A DNA stretch of 62,670 nt, filler included, from Thermodesulfobacteriota bacterium (GTDB lineage Bacteria > DASVDK01), in assembly GCA_036381125.1 (NCBI GenBank). It is 6 parts of 6 records of this genome, joined end to end, with 100 filler letters (N's around TTAATTAATTAA, not from the genome) between each part and the next. Parts side by side here need not be neighbours in the genome. Positions count along the whole stretch, not along the records: positions 1 to 20,895 come from DASVDK010000341.1; 5 more parts are not named here. The stretch is one strand, 5' to 3'. This document shows positions 1-9,395 of the stretch, in pieces; the first letter of the stretch is position 1; every line of letters begins with the position of its first letter. The translations under genes and the position numbers were made by a program. A model generated the notes under the pieces. The model was not told the DNA's origin. It was given only the letters and a program-made list of their open reading frames with translations, and made no database searches.

Positions 1-150
1 GGCCATCTCTCCGCGTGCGTCGGGGCATGATACCAGATCGGGGCCCCGCCGTCAGGCGTCCGCCGGGCCGGCGGGGGGTCGCCAGGGTGACAGGGCGTGC
101 GTCCGATGTCACCATGTCGGGGGAGCTGGCGCCAGCCGGAGGCCGCAGGG

Positions 151-933
151 ATGCGGGTCGTCACCATCCTCTACCTCGTCTACCTCTTCCTGCCGATGGC
201 GCTCCTGCTGCTCGGCTCGTTCGGGGAGAGCTGGACCAACACGCTCCTCCCCCACGGCGCCACGCTCCGCTGGTACGCGGACGTGCTCGGCGACCCGAGC
301 TTCCGCCGGGCCTTCCGCGTGAGCCTGACGGTGACGGCGGCCACCTGCGCGGCCGGGGCGGTCCTGGCCCTGCCCCTCGCCTACGCCATGTACCGGAGCC
401 GGGTGCGGGGCGTGGCCACGGCGGCCCGCGTGGCGGCCATCCTCCCGGTGGCGGTCCCGCCGCTCACCCTCGGGTTCGCCTACATCCTGGTCTTCTCGAG
501 CGACCAGCTGCCGTGGCTCGGCTCCATCTGGCTCCTCGTGGCCGGCCACGTGGTCCTCACGCTTCCGTACCTCCTCCAGACGCTCCTCGCCGACATGCGG
601 CACCTCGGGCTCGAACGGTTGGAGCAGGCGGCGGAATCGCTCGGCGCCGGGTTCTGGCGCAGGCTCGCCGACATCGTGCTGCCCTCGCTCCGCCACAGCC
701 TCGCCTCGGGCCTCGTCATGGTGGCGGCCCTCTCCATCGGGGAGTTCCAGCTGTCGAACCTCGTTGCCGGGTTCCTCGCTCGGCCGTACCCGGTGGTCCT
801 GCTCCAGGCCTTCTACGGGGCCACCGGCTTCGCCTGCGCGGCCACGGTCGTCCTCCTCGGGCTCGCCCTGGCCGCCGCCGCCGCCGGCGCGCTGACCGCC
901 AGGTCCGCGCAGGCCGTGAAGGCCGCGGCGTGA
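151..933 (+). CDS. ABC transporter permease (PotC/FbpB-like)
   Basis: Multiple TM helices; EAA loop 'LEQAAESLGA'; ATG at 151; stop overlaps next GTG. Confidence 0.85.
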   Translation: MRVVTILYLVYLFLPMALLLLGSFGESWTNTLLPHGATLRWYADVLGDPSFRRAFRVSLTVTAATCAAGAVLALPLAYAMYRSRVRGVATAARVAAILPVAVPPLTLGFAYILVFSSDQLPWLGSIWLLVAGHVVLTLPYLLQTLLADMRHLGLERLEQAAESLGAGFWRRLADIVLPSLRHSLASGLVMVAALSIGEFQLSNLVAGFLARPYPVVLLQAFYGATGFACAATVVLLGLALAAAAAGALTARSAQAVKAAA

Positions 934-1955
934 GCGTCCGGGTCGAGCGGGTCACGTACCGGTACCCTGGCGCGAAGGCCGGGGTCTTCGGCGTCGACCT
1001 CGAGATCGCCGACGGGGAGCTCGTGGCCTGCATCGGCCCCTCCGGCTCCGGCAAGACCACGCTCCTGCGGCTGATCGCCGGGTTCCTCCGCCCCGACGAA
1101 GGCCGCGTGCTCGTGGCCGGGGTCGACGTGACGGGGCTGAGGCCGCGCGAGCGCGACCTCGGCATCGTCTTCCAGTCCTACGCGCTCTTCCCGCACATGA
1201 CGGTCGCGGAGAACGTCGCCTACCCGCTCGCGCTCCGCAAGATGCCGCCGGCCGAGCGCCGGAAGGTGGCCCTCGACGCCCTCGCGCGCATGGGCCTCGA
1301 CCAGTTCGCGGATCGGCGGCCGGCGACGCTGTCGGGCGGCCAGCAGCAGCGGGTGGCCCTCGCGCGGGCGCTCGCCTTCCGGCCGAAGGCGCTGCTCCTC
1401 GACGAGCCGCTCTCGGCGCTCGACGCCGCGCTGCGCGTGACGATGCGTGACGAGATCCGGCGGATCCAGAAGGCGCAGGGGATCGCCGCGCTGCACATCA
1501 CGCACGATCAGGAGGAGGCGCTCTCCATCGCGGACCGCGTGGCGGTGCTCGACGCCGGCCGCATCCTCCAGGTGGCTCCGCCGCGAGAGCTCTACGACGC
1601 CCCGGCCTCCCGCGCGGTGGCCGCGTTCGTCGGCCACTCGAACCTCTGGCCCGCCCGCGTGACCGCCGAGGACGCGGTGCAGGCGGCCATCGGCCCGATC
1701 CGGACGGCGCGCCACGGCTTCCCGGCGGGCCGCGAGGTCTTCGTGCTCGTCAGGCCCGAGCGGATCGTGGTGGGGCCGCCCCCGGGCGCGCCGAACCGGT
1801 TCACCGGACGGCTCGCACGCGACCGGTTCCTCGGGGCAACGCGCCGCTTCGACTTCGAGGTCGAGGGCGGCATCATCCAGGGGGAGACCGGCGCCCGCGG
1901 CGAGATCGCGGCCGTCCAGATCCCGCCGGAGGCCGTCCAGCTCCTGCCGGAGTAG
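930..1955 (+). CDS. ABC transporter ATP-binding protein (PotA/FbpC-like, C-terminal TOBE-like)
   Basis: Walker A GPSGSGKT, signature LSGGQQQR, Walker B LLLDEP; GTGA overlap with upstream stop. Confidence 0.9.
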   Translation: MSVRVERVTYRYPGAKAGVFGVDLEIADGELVACIGPSGSGKTTLLRLIAGFLRPDEGRVLVAGVDVTGLRPRERDLGIVFQSYALFPHMTVAENVAYPLALRKMPPAERRKVALDALARMGLDQFADRRPATLSGGQQQRVALARALAFRPKALLLDEPLSALDAALRVTMRDEIRRIQKAQGIAALHITHDQEEALSIADRVAVLDAGRILQVAPPRELYDAPASRAVAAFVGHSNLWPARVTAEDAVQAAIGPIRTARHGFPAGREVFVLVRPERIVVGPPPGAPNRFTGRLARDRFLGATRRFDFEVEGGIIQGETGARGEIAAVQIPPEAVQLLPE

Positions 1956-1999
1956 CCGGCGCCGTATCAGGAGACGCACCGATTCAAGGAGGAAAGACC

Positions 2000-3067
2000 A
2001 TGCAGCTTCGCGTCGTCGCCGCCCTCCTGCTCGCGATGGCCCTCCCGGCCGCCGCGAGCGCGTTCGAGGGCCCCGAACTCTACCCGGGCGAGCGCGCCCT
2101 CTACGAAGCCGCTTCCGAGGAGGGCATCGTCGTCTCGTTCGACACCGGGCCCACCTGGGCCAACTGGGCGGCGCAGTTCGCGGCCTTCAAGAAGCGCTAC
2201 CCGAACGTCGAGATGACCTACAACGACCTCGGCTCGGCGGCCACGGTGGTCGCGCTCGAGAAGGCGCGCAACCGGCCGCAGGCCGACACGGCGTACTACT
2301 TCGCCGCCTCGGCGGTGGACGCGGCGGCCAAGGGCGTCGTGGCGCCCTTCAAGCCGGTGAACTTCGAGAAGCTCCCCGAGGTGTTCCGGCATCCCGACGG
2401 GCAGTGGTTCACCATCCACTCGCTCACGATCGCGTTCCTCGTGAACACGAAGCTCGTGCGGAACGTCCCGCGCTCCTGGGCGGACCTCCTGAAGCCCGAG
2501 TACCGCAACTCGGTCGTCTACCTCGACCCGCGCTCGACGGGGGTCGGCCAGGTGCTCACCTTCGCGGCGGCGTACGCGAACGGCGGCGACGTGAACAACG
2601 TGAAGCCGGGGATCGACTACCTCGCCCGGCTCCACCGCGCCGGCAACGTCCTGCGCGTCGAGGGCACGACCCCCTACGCCAAGTTCGTGAAGGGGGAGAT
2701 CCCCATCTGGATCTCCTACGAGAACGACGGGCTCAAGGCGAAGTACACGGACGGCATGGGCGACGCGGTGGCGGTCGTCATCCCCTCGGAGGCGTCGGTC
2801 GCGGCGCCGTACGCGATCAGCCTCGTGAAGAACGCCCCGCACCCGAACGCGGGCAAGCTCTGGCTCAACTTCATCATGACCGACACGGGCCAGGGGATCT
2901 TCGCGCAGGGCTTCGTGCGGCCGGCCGTGTCGGGCGTGAAGCTGCCGGAGGACGTCGCGGCGAAGCTGCCGGCGGCGCCGCAGGTGCGGCCGCTCGACGT
3001 GAAGGCCGCCGCGGCGAAGAAGGCGGAGATCGACGCCGGATGGGCGAAGGCGATCCTCGGGCGGTAG
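2000..3067 (+). CDS. ABC transporter substrate-binding protein (Fe3+/thiamine/phospho-compound family)
   Basis: RBS AGGAGG; signal peptide; motifs 'PRSWADLLKPEY', 'NAPHPNAGKLWLNFI'. Confidence 0.85.
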   Translation: MQLRVVAALLLAMALPAAASAFEGPELYPGERALYEAASEEGIVVSFDTGPTWANWAAQFAAFKKRYPNVEMTYNDLGSAATVVALEKARNRPQADTAYYFAASAVDAAAKGVVAPFKPVNFEKLPEVFRHPDGQWFTIHSLTIAFLVNTKLVRNVPRSWADLLKPEYRNSVVYLDPRSTGVGQVLTFAAAYANGGDVNNVKPGIDYLARLHRAGNVLRVEGTTPYAKFVKGEIPIWISYENDGLKAKYTDGMGDAVAVVIPSEASVAAPYAISLVKNAPHPNAGKLWLNFIMTDTGQGIFAQGFVRPAVSGVKLPEDVAAKLPAAPQVRPLDVKAAAAKKAEIDAGWAKAILGR

Positions 3068-3912
3068 GGACGGAGGCGATCGGTCGCGGGCGGGCCGCCG
3101 CGCTGGCCGCGCCCGCGACCCTCCTCCTCGCCCTCTTCTTCGCGCTGCCGCTGGGCCTCCTGGTCACGGAGGCCTTCACGGGCGGCGGGGTCGCCTTCGT
3201 GCGCCTCGCGGCGGACCCGCTCGTCTGGCGGGGCCTCGTGAACAGCCTTGCCCTCGGGGCGACGGCCGCCGGGATCTCCCTCGTCGTCGGCTTCGCCGTC
3301 GCCCTGCACCTCGCGCGGCTCGACGAGCGCGTCCGGGCGGGGCTCGTGTTCTGCATCTCGCTTCCCCTCACCTTCTCGGGGCTCATCGTCGCCTACGGAT
3401 TCATCCTCGCCTTCGGCCGCGCGGGGTTCGTGACGCTGCTCCTCGCCGAGGTGGGGGTCGATCCCGGTTCGTTCGCGAGTCTCGTCTACGGCCCGGGCGG
3501 GCTCGCGGTCGCCTACACGTACTACCTCGTGCCGCGGGTCGTGCTCCTCCTCCTGCCCGTCTTCGTGAACTTCGACGAGCGCCAGCTCCTCGCCGCGGAG
3601 TCGCTCGGCGCGACCCGCCTCAGGGCGCTCGCGGACGTGCTGATGCCGCAGGTGCTCCCGTCGGCCGTGGTCGCGTTCTGCCTCACGGCCGCGGTCGCGA
3701 TCGGGGCGTACGGGACGGCGCTCGCGCTCGTCGGCACGCAGGTGAACATTCTGCCGCTCCTCCTCTACAGCAAGGTCTCGGACGCCGGAAGCGACTTCCC
3801 GTCCGCGGCGGCGCTCTCGCTCGTCCTCCTCGCGATCTGCTCGCTCGTCATGGCGGCAGGCGAGACGTTCGCGGCCCGCCGGAAGGGAGCCACCGATGCC
3901 ACTCTGGCTTGA
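3040..3912 (+). CDS. ABC transporter permease (start uncertain)
   Basis: TM helices; EAA-like 'LAAESLGA'; in operon. Confidence 0.8.
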   Translation: MGEGDPRAVGTEAIGRGRAAALAAPATLLLALFFALPLGLLVTEAFTGGGVAFVRLAADPLVWRGLVNSLALGATAAGISLVVGFAVALHLARLDERVRAGLVFCISLPLTFSGLIVAYGFILAFGRAGFVTLLLAEVGVDPGSFASLVYGPGGLAVAYTYYLVPRVVLLLLPVFVNFDERQLLAAESLGATRLRALADVLMPQVLPSAVVAFCLTAAVAIGAYGTALALVGTQVNILPLLLYSKVSDAGSDFPSAAALSLVLLAICSLVMAAGETFAARRKGATDATLA

Positions 3913-4528
3913 CCGCGCCGCCGGCCGCCTTGCGACCGAGGACGGCCGCACGTTCGACCCTGCCGCCCGCGCCTGGCGCGCCGGCGGACCCGCGCCGGCC
4001 GGCGTGCCGGTGGAGCCGGCCGAGGCGGCCCGCTGGCTCCAGCGGGAGAGCGGGCACCCCTGCCGGCTTCCGGTGGCGGTCGTGGGCCCCCGCGAGGCCA
4101 CGCCCGACCAGCGCGCCGCCGCCGAGGACCTCGGGGTCCGCCTCGCACGCCTCGGCGTGGTGGTCCTCTGCGGGGGGCGCCAGGGGGTGATGGAGGCCGT
4201 CTGCCGGGGCGCGGCGGCGGCGGGGGGCGTCAGCGTCGGCCTCCTCCCCGACGACGACACCCGGCACGCCAACCCCTACGTGACGATCCCCATCGCCACC
4301 GGCATCGGCATCGCGCGCAACGCCCTCATCGCCCGCGCCGGCCTCTGCATGGTCGCCGTGGGAGGCGGCTACGGCACGCTCGCCGAGATCGCCTTCGCCC
4401 TCCAGTTCGGCAAGCCGGTGTTCGGGCTGGCGGGCGCGCCGGACGTCCCGGGCGTCCGTCACCTGCCCGATCTGCCGGCCGCGGAGTCCGCGGTGGCCGC
4501 CCTCCTGCTCGGGCTGCCGCCGGGCTAG
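3896..4528 (+). CDS. LOG/TIGR00725-family Rossmann-fold protein with N-terminal extension
   Basis: 'CGGRQGVMEA', 'ARNALIA', 'GGGYGTLAEIA' motifs. Confidence 0.8.
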   Translation: MPLWLDRAAGRLATEDGRTFDPAARAWRAGGPAPAGVPVEPAEAARWLQRESGHPCRLPVAVVGPREATPDQRAAAEDLGVRLARLGVVVLCGGRQGVMEAVCRGAAAAGGVSVGLLPDDDTRHANPYVTIPIATGIGIARNALIARAGLCMVAVGGGYGTLAEIAFALQFGKPVFGLAGAPDVPGVRHLPDLPAAESAVAALLLGLPPG

Positions 4529-5196
4529 CGGGCGTAGGCCTTCCCGAGCCGCCGCTCGTAGGCGCGAAGGCCCCGCACGATGAGCACGGTGACGACCCAG
4601 TAGATCAGCGCGACCTCGATGAGGACCGTGAACGGGTCGAACGTGCGCGCGTAGATGAGCATCCCCGCCCGCATCAGCTCGACGATCGTGATCACGGCGG
4701 CGAGCGACGTGTCCTTGAGCAGGGAGACGAACGTGTTGCCGATGGGCGGGATGGCGACGCGCAGCGCCTGCGGCACCACGACGTACCAGAGCATCTGCCC
4801 CGGGGAGAGGCCGGTCGAGAGCGCCGCCTCCCGCTGGCCGTGTGGGACGGCGAAGAAGGCGCCGCGGATCGTCTCCGACAGGTACGCGCCCGCGTTGAGC
4901 GTGAAGACGACGATGGCCGACGGGACCGGGTCGAGGGTGATGCCGAACTGCGGCAGCCCGTAGTAGACGAGGAAGATCTGCACGAGCAGCGGCGTGCCGC
5001 GGAAGAACGAGACGTAGAGGTCGAACGGCGCCCGGGCGAGGCGGCTGCCGCTCCCCCGCGCCACGGCCGCGACGAAGCCGCAGAGGAGCCCGAGCGCCAT
5101 CGAGACGAGCGTGAGGGTGACGGAGAGCCGCAGCCCCGCGAGCAGCTCCGGCAGGTAGCGGAGCCAGCTCGACAGCACTTCGCCGATCGCCGTCAC
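4525..5196 (-). CDS. Polar amino-acid ABC transporter permease
   Basis: 'FRGTPLLVQ', 'GQREAALSTG', 'LLKDTSL'. Confidence 0.9.
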   Translation of the reverse strand: MTAIGEVLSSWLRYLPELLAGLRLSVTLTLVSMALGLLCGFVAAVARGSGSRLARAPFDLYVSFFRGTPLLVQIFLVYYGLPQFGITLDPVPSAIVVFTLNAGAYLSETIRGAFFAVPHGQREAALSTGLSPGQMLWYVVVPQALRVAIPPIGNTFVSLLKDTSLAAVITIVELMRAGMLIYARTFDPFTVLIEVALIYWVVTVLIVRGLRAYERRLGKAYAR

Positions 5197-5242
5197 GGCG
5201 CGCCGGCTCTCCGGGCCGCGGCTCTCGGGGCCGCCCGGCCCG

Positions 5243-6031
5243 CTACTTCGTCACGTCGATGCCGAACCACTTGAGCGACATGGCGCGCAGCGAGCCGTCG
5301 GCCTTCATCTCCTCGAGCGCCTTGTTGATCGCGGCGAGCAGCTCGGGGTTGCCCTTCTTCACCGCGATCGCCTGGACCTCGCGCTCGATCGGGCCGCCAA
5401 CCTGCTTGAGGGGGAGCTTCTTCTCCCGGATGGCGATCGCCGGCGCCACGGCGTCGGTCATGGCGGCGTCGATCCGCTTCGCCGCCAGGTCGCTCAGGTA
5501 CTCGTTCATCCCCGGATAGGTCCGGACCTCGACCTCGATCCCTTCCTGCCTCCAGCCGTTGGCCCGCTTCTCGAAGTTGGTGCCGAGCGTGACGCCGAGC
5601 GTCTTGCCGTCGAGGTCCTTGTAGGACTTGATCGTCGTGTTGTCCTTGTGGACGATCAGCATCGGCCCGTAGATCGTGTAGGGCTCCGAGAAGTCGACCT
5701 GCTTCTTGCGCTCCTCGTTCACCGTCATCTGCGCGACGATGACGTCGTAGCGATCCGAGAGCAGGCCCGCGATGATGCCGGCCCACTCGGTCGCCACGAA
5801 CTCCGCCTTCACGCCGAGCTTCTTCGCGATGGCGTTGGCCACGTCCACGTCGTAGCCCTTGAACGCCCCGTCCCGGTCCTTGAAGTTGTAGGGCGGGTAG
5901 GTACCCTCGAAGCCGACGACGAGCTTCCCCTTCTGCTTCACCTCGGCCAGCCTGTCCGCGGCGAAGGCGGGCCGTCCGGCCACGAGACCGACGAGGAGCG
6001 CCAGCGCGAGCGCCCCGAACCGGATCCGCAT
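5243..6031 (-). CDS. Polar amino-acid (cystine-like) ABC substrate-binding protein
   Basis: Signal peptide; 'EGTYPPYNF', 'GYDVDVA', 'ERKKQVDFSEPY'; GGAGG RBS before ATG 6031. Confidence 0.88.
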   Translation of the reverse strand: MRIRFGALALALLVGLVAGRPAFAADRLAEVKQKGKLVVGFEGTYPPYNFKDRDGAFKGYDVDVANAIAKKLGVKAEFVATEWAGIIAGLLSDRYDVIVAQMTVNEERKKQVDFSEPYTIYGPMLIVHKDNTTIKSYKDLDGKTLGVTLGTNFEKRANGWRQEGIEVEVRTYPGMNEYLSDLAAKRIDAAMTDAVAPAIAIREKKLPLKQVGGPIEREVQAIAVKKGNPELLAAINKALEEMKADGSLRAMSLKWFGIDVTK

Positions 6032-6116
6032 GAGTCCCTCCATGGACGCGCCCGTCTTCCCCCCGACGCCGGGGGCGGGCGCCTCCATACGATCCTACCA
6101 GCGGGGGGCGCCGGCG

Positions 6117-6994
6117 TCAGCTTCGTCGTGCGTAGACGACGGCCACGCCCGCCACGGCGAGCGCCATGCCGAGCAGGGCCAGGGCGTCAGGGTCTCGCCG
6201 AAGACGGCGTAGGCCATGACGGCCGTCGTGGGCGGCGTGAGGTAGATCAGGCTCGACACGCGGGCGGCGCTCCCCCGCCGGATGAGGAAGTAGAGGAGCG
6301 ACACGGCGCCGAGGGAGAGCACGACGATGGACCAGCCGACGGCGAACGCGAAGGCCGCCGTCCAGCGGATCGGCCCCTCGCCGACGGCGAGGGCGATCGG
6401 GGCCGTGACGAGGGCCGCCGCGCCGAACTGGACGGCGTTGCCCGCGCGCATGTCGACCTGCCCGCCGAAGCGCTTCTGGTAGAACGTCCCGGCCGTGATC
6501 GCGAGCAGCGCGAGGACGTTGGCCGCCACGCCGGCCGGCGTGCCGAACCCCGACCCGAGCCTGTGCCAGACCGCGAGCGTCACCCCGCCGAAGCCGGCGA
6601 CGAGGCCGAGCCAGTCGAGGGGATCGAGGCGGTCGCCCGACAGCCGACCGGCGAGGAGCCCGACGAGGAGCGGCTGCAGGCCGACGACGAGCGCCGAGAC
6701 GCCCGCCGGCACGCCGGTCTCGATGGCGTAGAAGACGCCGCCGAGGTAGACGGCATGGACGAGCAGCCCCGTCACGGCCAGGTGGCCCACCAGGGCGCGG
6801 TCGCGCGGCCACGGCGCGCCGGTCGCGAGCGCGACGAGCGCGAGGAGCGCCGCCGTGACGGTGAAGCGGAACGCCAGGAAGCTGAAGGGTCCTGCGTACG
6901 GCAGGCCGAGCTTGGCCGCGATGAAGCCGGTGCTCCACATGGCCACGAAGAGCGCCGGCGCGGCCCTGGCGACGGCCGATGGCCTCTCGCTCAA
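6117..6994 (-). pseudogene. EamA/DMT family transporter with a 1-nt frameshift near 6183 (pseudogene or assembly error)
   Basis: 'WSTGFIAAK...YLTPPTTAVMAYAVFGETLTP' in one frame; last TM 'LALLGMALAVAGVAVV' in another; adding one C to the CCC run restores the frame. Confidence 0.75.
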
Positions 6995-8676
6995 AAGACC
7001 GGGGTCTCGACGTAGGTGCCGAACACGCCCCTGAGGCGCTCGACGATCTCCCCCATCGTCGCGCGCGCCTCGACCAGCTCGATCGTGACCGGCATCAGGT
7101 TGCGCGACGGGTCGCGCGCCTCGTCGGCCAGGCGGGCGAGGAGCGCATCGACCTTCGCCTGATCGCGCGTGGCGCGCACGCGCCGGGTGCGGGCGATCTG
7201 GCGCCGCTCGGCCTCGGGGTCGACGCGGTGGATCTCCACCGTCTCGGGCTCCCCGTTCGCCTCGACGTAGCGGTTCACGCCGATCACCGGCTGCTCGCCC
7301 GACGCGCGGCGACGCGCCGTCTCGTACGCCGAATCGGCGATCGCCTTCTGGAAGTAGCCCTCCTCGATCGCCCGGATCGTCCCGCCCATGGCGTCGACCT
7401 TCGCCAGGATCGCGTCGACCTCGCGCTCGATGGCGTTCGTGAGCGACTCGACGTACCAGGAGCCCCCGAGCGGGTCGATGACGTTCGGGACCCGCGTCTC
7501 CTCGGCGATGATCTGCTGCGTGCGGAGCGCCACCTTCATGGCGCGCTCCGAGGGGATGGCGTACGCCTCGTCGAGGCCGTTGGTGTGGAGCGACTGCGCC
7601 CCGCCGAGGACCGCCGAGAGGGCCTGGAACGCCGTCCGGACGATGTTGTTGAGCGGCTGGGCCTTCGTGAGGGTGGCCGCGGCGGTCTGGCAGTGGAAGC
7701 GCAGCCGCATCGACTCCGCCTTCGTGGCGCCGAAGCGCTCCTTGAGCAGACGCGCGTAGACGCGGCGGGCGGCGCGGAACTTGGCCACCTCCTCGAAGAA
7801 GTCCTGCTGCGCGACGAAGAAGAAGGCCAGCCGCGGCGCGAACTGGTCCACCGTGATCCCCGCCGCCGTCACCTCCTCCAGGTAGGCGACGGCGTTGCAC
7901 ATGGTGAACGCCACCTCCTGCACCGCGGTCGCGCCGGCCTCCGAGATGTGGTAGCCGCTGATGTTGATGGGGTTGTAGCGGCGCATCCGCTCCGAGCAGA
8001 AGACGATCATGTCGCGCACGAGGCGCATGGCCGGCCGGATCGGGAAGATCCACTCCTTCTGGGCGATGTACTCCTTGAGGATGTCGGCCTGGACGGTCCC
8101 CGACAGCTTGTGGAGGTCGTAGCCGCGCGACTCGGCCAGCGCCACGTACATGGCGAGGAGGATCCAGGCCGTCGGGTTGATGGTCATGGAGACCGACGTC
8201 GTCTCGAGGTCGATCCCCTCGAAGAGGGCGGCCATGTCCTCGATCGTGTCGATCGCCACTCCCTCGCGCCCCACCTCCCCCTCGGACCGCGGATGGTCCG
8301 AGTCGTAACCCATGAGGGTCGGCATGTCGAAGTCGACCGACAGCCCCGTCTGGCCCTGCTCGATGAGGTAGCGGAACCGCCGGTTGGTGTCCTCGCCCGT
8401 GCCGTAGCCCGCGATCTGCCGCATGGTCCAGAGGCGGCCCCGGTACATCGTCGGGTACGGCCCGCGGGTGAACGGGTATTGCCCCGGCAGCCCGATGTCC
8501 TCGAAGGGCGTCTCCGCCACGTCCTCCGGCGTGTAGACGCGCTCCACCTCGAGACCGGAGAGCGTCCGGTACTCCGGCTTCGCCTCGGGCTGCCGCGCGC
8601 GAAACTCCGCCAGCTCCTTCGCCTCCCACGCCTTCCGTTGCGCCGCCACCCGCTTGATCACGTCGGGGTCGAACAT
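6991..8676 (-). CDS. hcmA: B12-dependent acyl-CoA mutase large subunit, 2-hydroxyisobutyryl-CoA mutase type
   Basis: 'PGQYPFTRGPYPTMY', 'TMRQIAGYG' (Ile where MCM has Tyr), 'LSVDFDMPT', 'ISGYHISEAG'; C-terminus 'ETPVF'; no fused B12 domain. Confidence 0.85.
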   Translation of the reverse strand: MFDPDVIKRVAAQRKAWEAKELAEFRARQPEAKPEYRTLSGLEVERVYTPEDVAETPFEDIGLPGQYPFTRGPYPTMYRGRLWTMRQIAGYGTGEDTNRRFRYLIEQGQTGLSVDFDMPTLMGYDSDHPRSEGEVGREGVAIDTIEDMAALFEGIDLETTSVSMTINPTAWILLAMYVALAESRGYDLHKLSGTVQADILKEYIAQKEWIFPIRPAMRLVRDMIVFCSERMRRYNPINISGYHISEAGATAVQEVAFTMCNAVAYLEEVTAAGITVDQFAPRLAFFFVAQQDFFEEVAKFRAARRVYARLLKERFGATKAESMRLRFHCQTAAATLTKAQPLNNIVRTAFQALSAVLGGAQSLHTNGLDEAYAIPSERAMKVALRTQQIIAEETRVPNVIDPLGGSWYVESLTNAIEREVDAILAKVDAMGGTIRAIEEGYFQKAIADSAYETARRRASGEQPVIGVNRYVEANGEPETVEIHRVDPEAERRQIARTRRVRATRDQAKVDALLARLADEARDPSRNLMPVTIELVEARATMGEIVERLRGVFGTYVETPVF

Positions 8677-8701
8677 ACGGTCTCCTGCGCACTTACGACA
8701 G

Positions 8702-8763
8702 GGGGGCAGGCCTTTCCATTTTCCCGGCCGACACCGATGGAAAACGTTGAGGCCTGACCCCAT
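8702..8763. repeat. Inverted doublet of the 25-bp REP-like repeat
   Basis: 8702-8724 GGGGGCAGGCCTTTCCATTTTCC (21/23 match to reverse complement of the unit) and 8739-8763 GGAAAACGTTGAGGCCTGACCCCAT. Confidence 0.75.
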
Positions 8764-8765
8764 CG

Positions 8766-9395
8766 TCAGGACCTGATCCCCAGGAGGGGGAGGAGGCCGG
8801 TGAGGTCGGGGGCGTCGACGAGCGGCGGCGGGGCGCCCTGGGGCACCGGCAGCCGCGCGCGGTTCTGCCAGTAGACGGGCATCCCGACGGCCGGGGCGCC
8901 CTTCACGTCGTGTGCCGAGCCGGCCACGAAGAGGACCCGCCCGGCGGGCAGCCCGAGACGGTCGAGCAGCGCCCGGTACGACCGCGGATCGGTCTTGTAG
9001 ACGCCGGCCCGCTCGGCGGACAGCACCAGCTCGAACCGGCCGCCGGTGGCGGCGGCGGCGATGTCGGCGAGCCGCTGCGAGCAGTTGGTCAGCACGGCGA
9101 GCCGCCGGCCGGCGAGGCGCGCGAGGACGCCGGGGACCTCGGGCCACGGGCGGATCTCCCCCCACCTGGCGATCAGCTCGTCCGCCTTCGAGGGGGGCAG
9201 GCCCACCTCGGCCGCCGCCTCGTGCAGGACGTCCTCGTACGAGCGGTAGTTGCCGGCCGCGGTGACGATGCGCAGGGACGCGGTCCGCCACGCCCGCCCC
9301 ACCGCCTCGTCGCCCGCCACGGCCGCGTAGAGCGTCCAGGAGTCGACGAGCGCGGTCAGGAGGTCGAAGGCGACGGCGTCGTAGCGCGGCGTCAC
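8766..9395 (-). CDS. HAD-superfamily hydrolase (2-haloacid dehalogenase-like)
   Basis: 'AVAFDLLTALVDS', 'LTN', 'GVYKTDP', 'FVAGSAHDV'; GTG overlaps upstream stop. Confidence 0.8.
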   Translation of the reverse strand: MTPRYDAVAFDLLTALVDSWTLYAAVAGDEAVGRAWRTASLRIVTAAGNYRSYEDVLHEAAAEVGLPPSKADELIARWGEIRPWPEVPGVLARLAGRRLAVLTNCSQRLADIAAAATGGRFELVLSAERAGVYKTDPRSYRALLDRLGLPAGRVLFVAGSAHDVKGAPAVGMPVYWQNRARLPVPQGAPPPLVDAPDLTGLLPLLGIRS

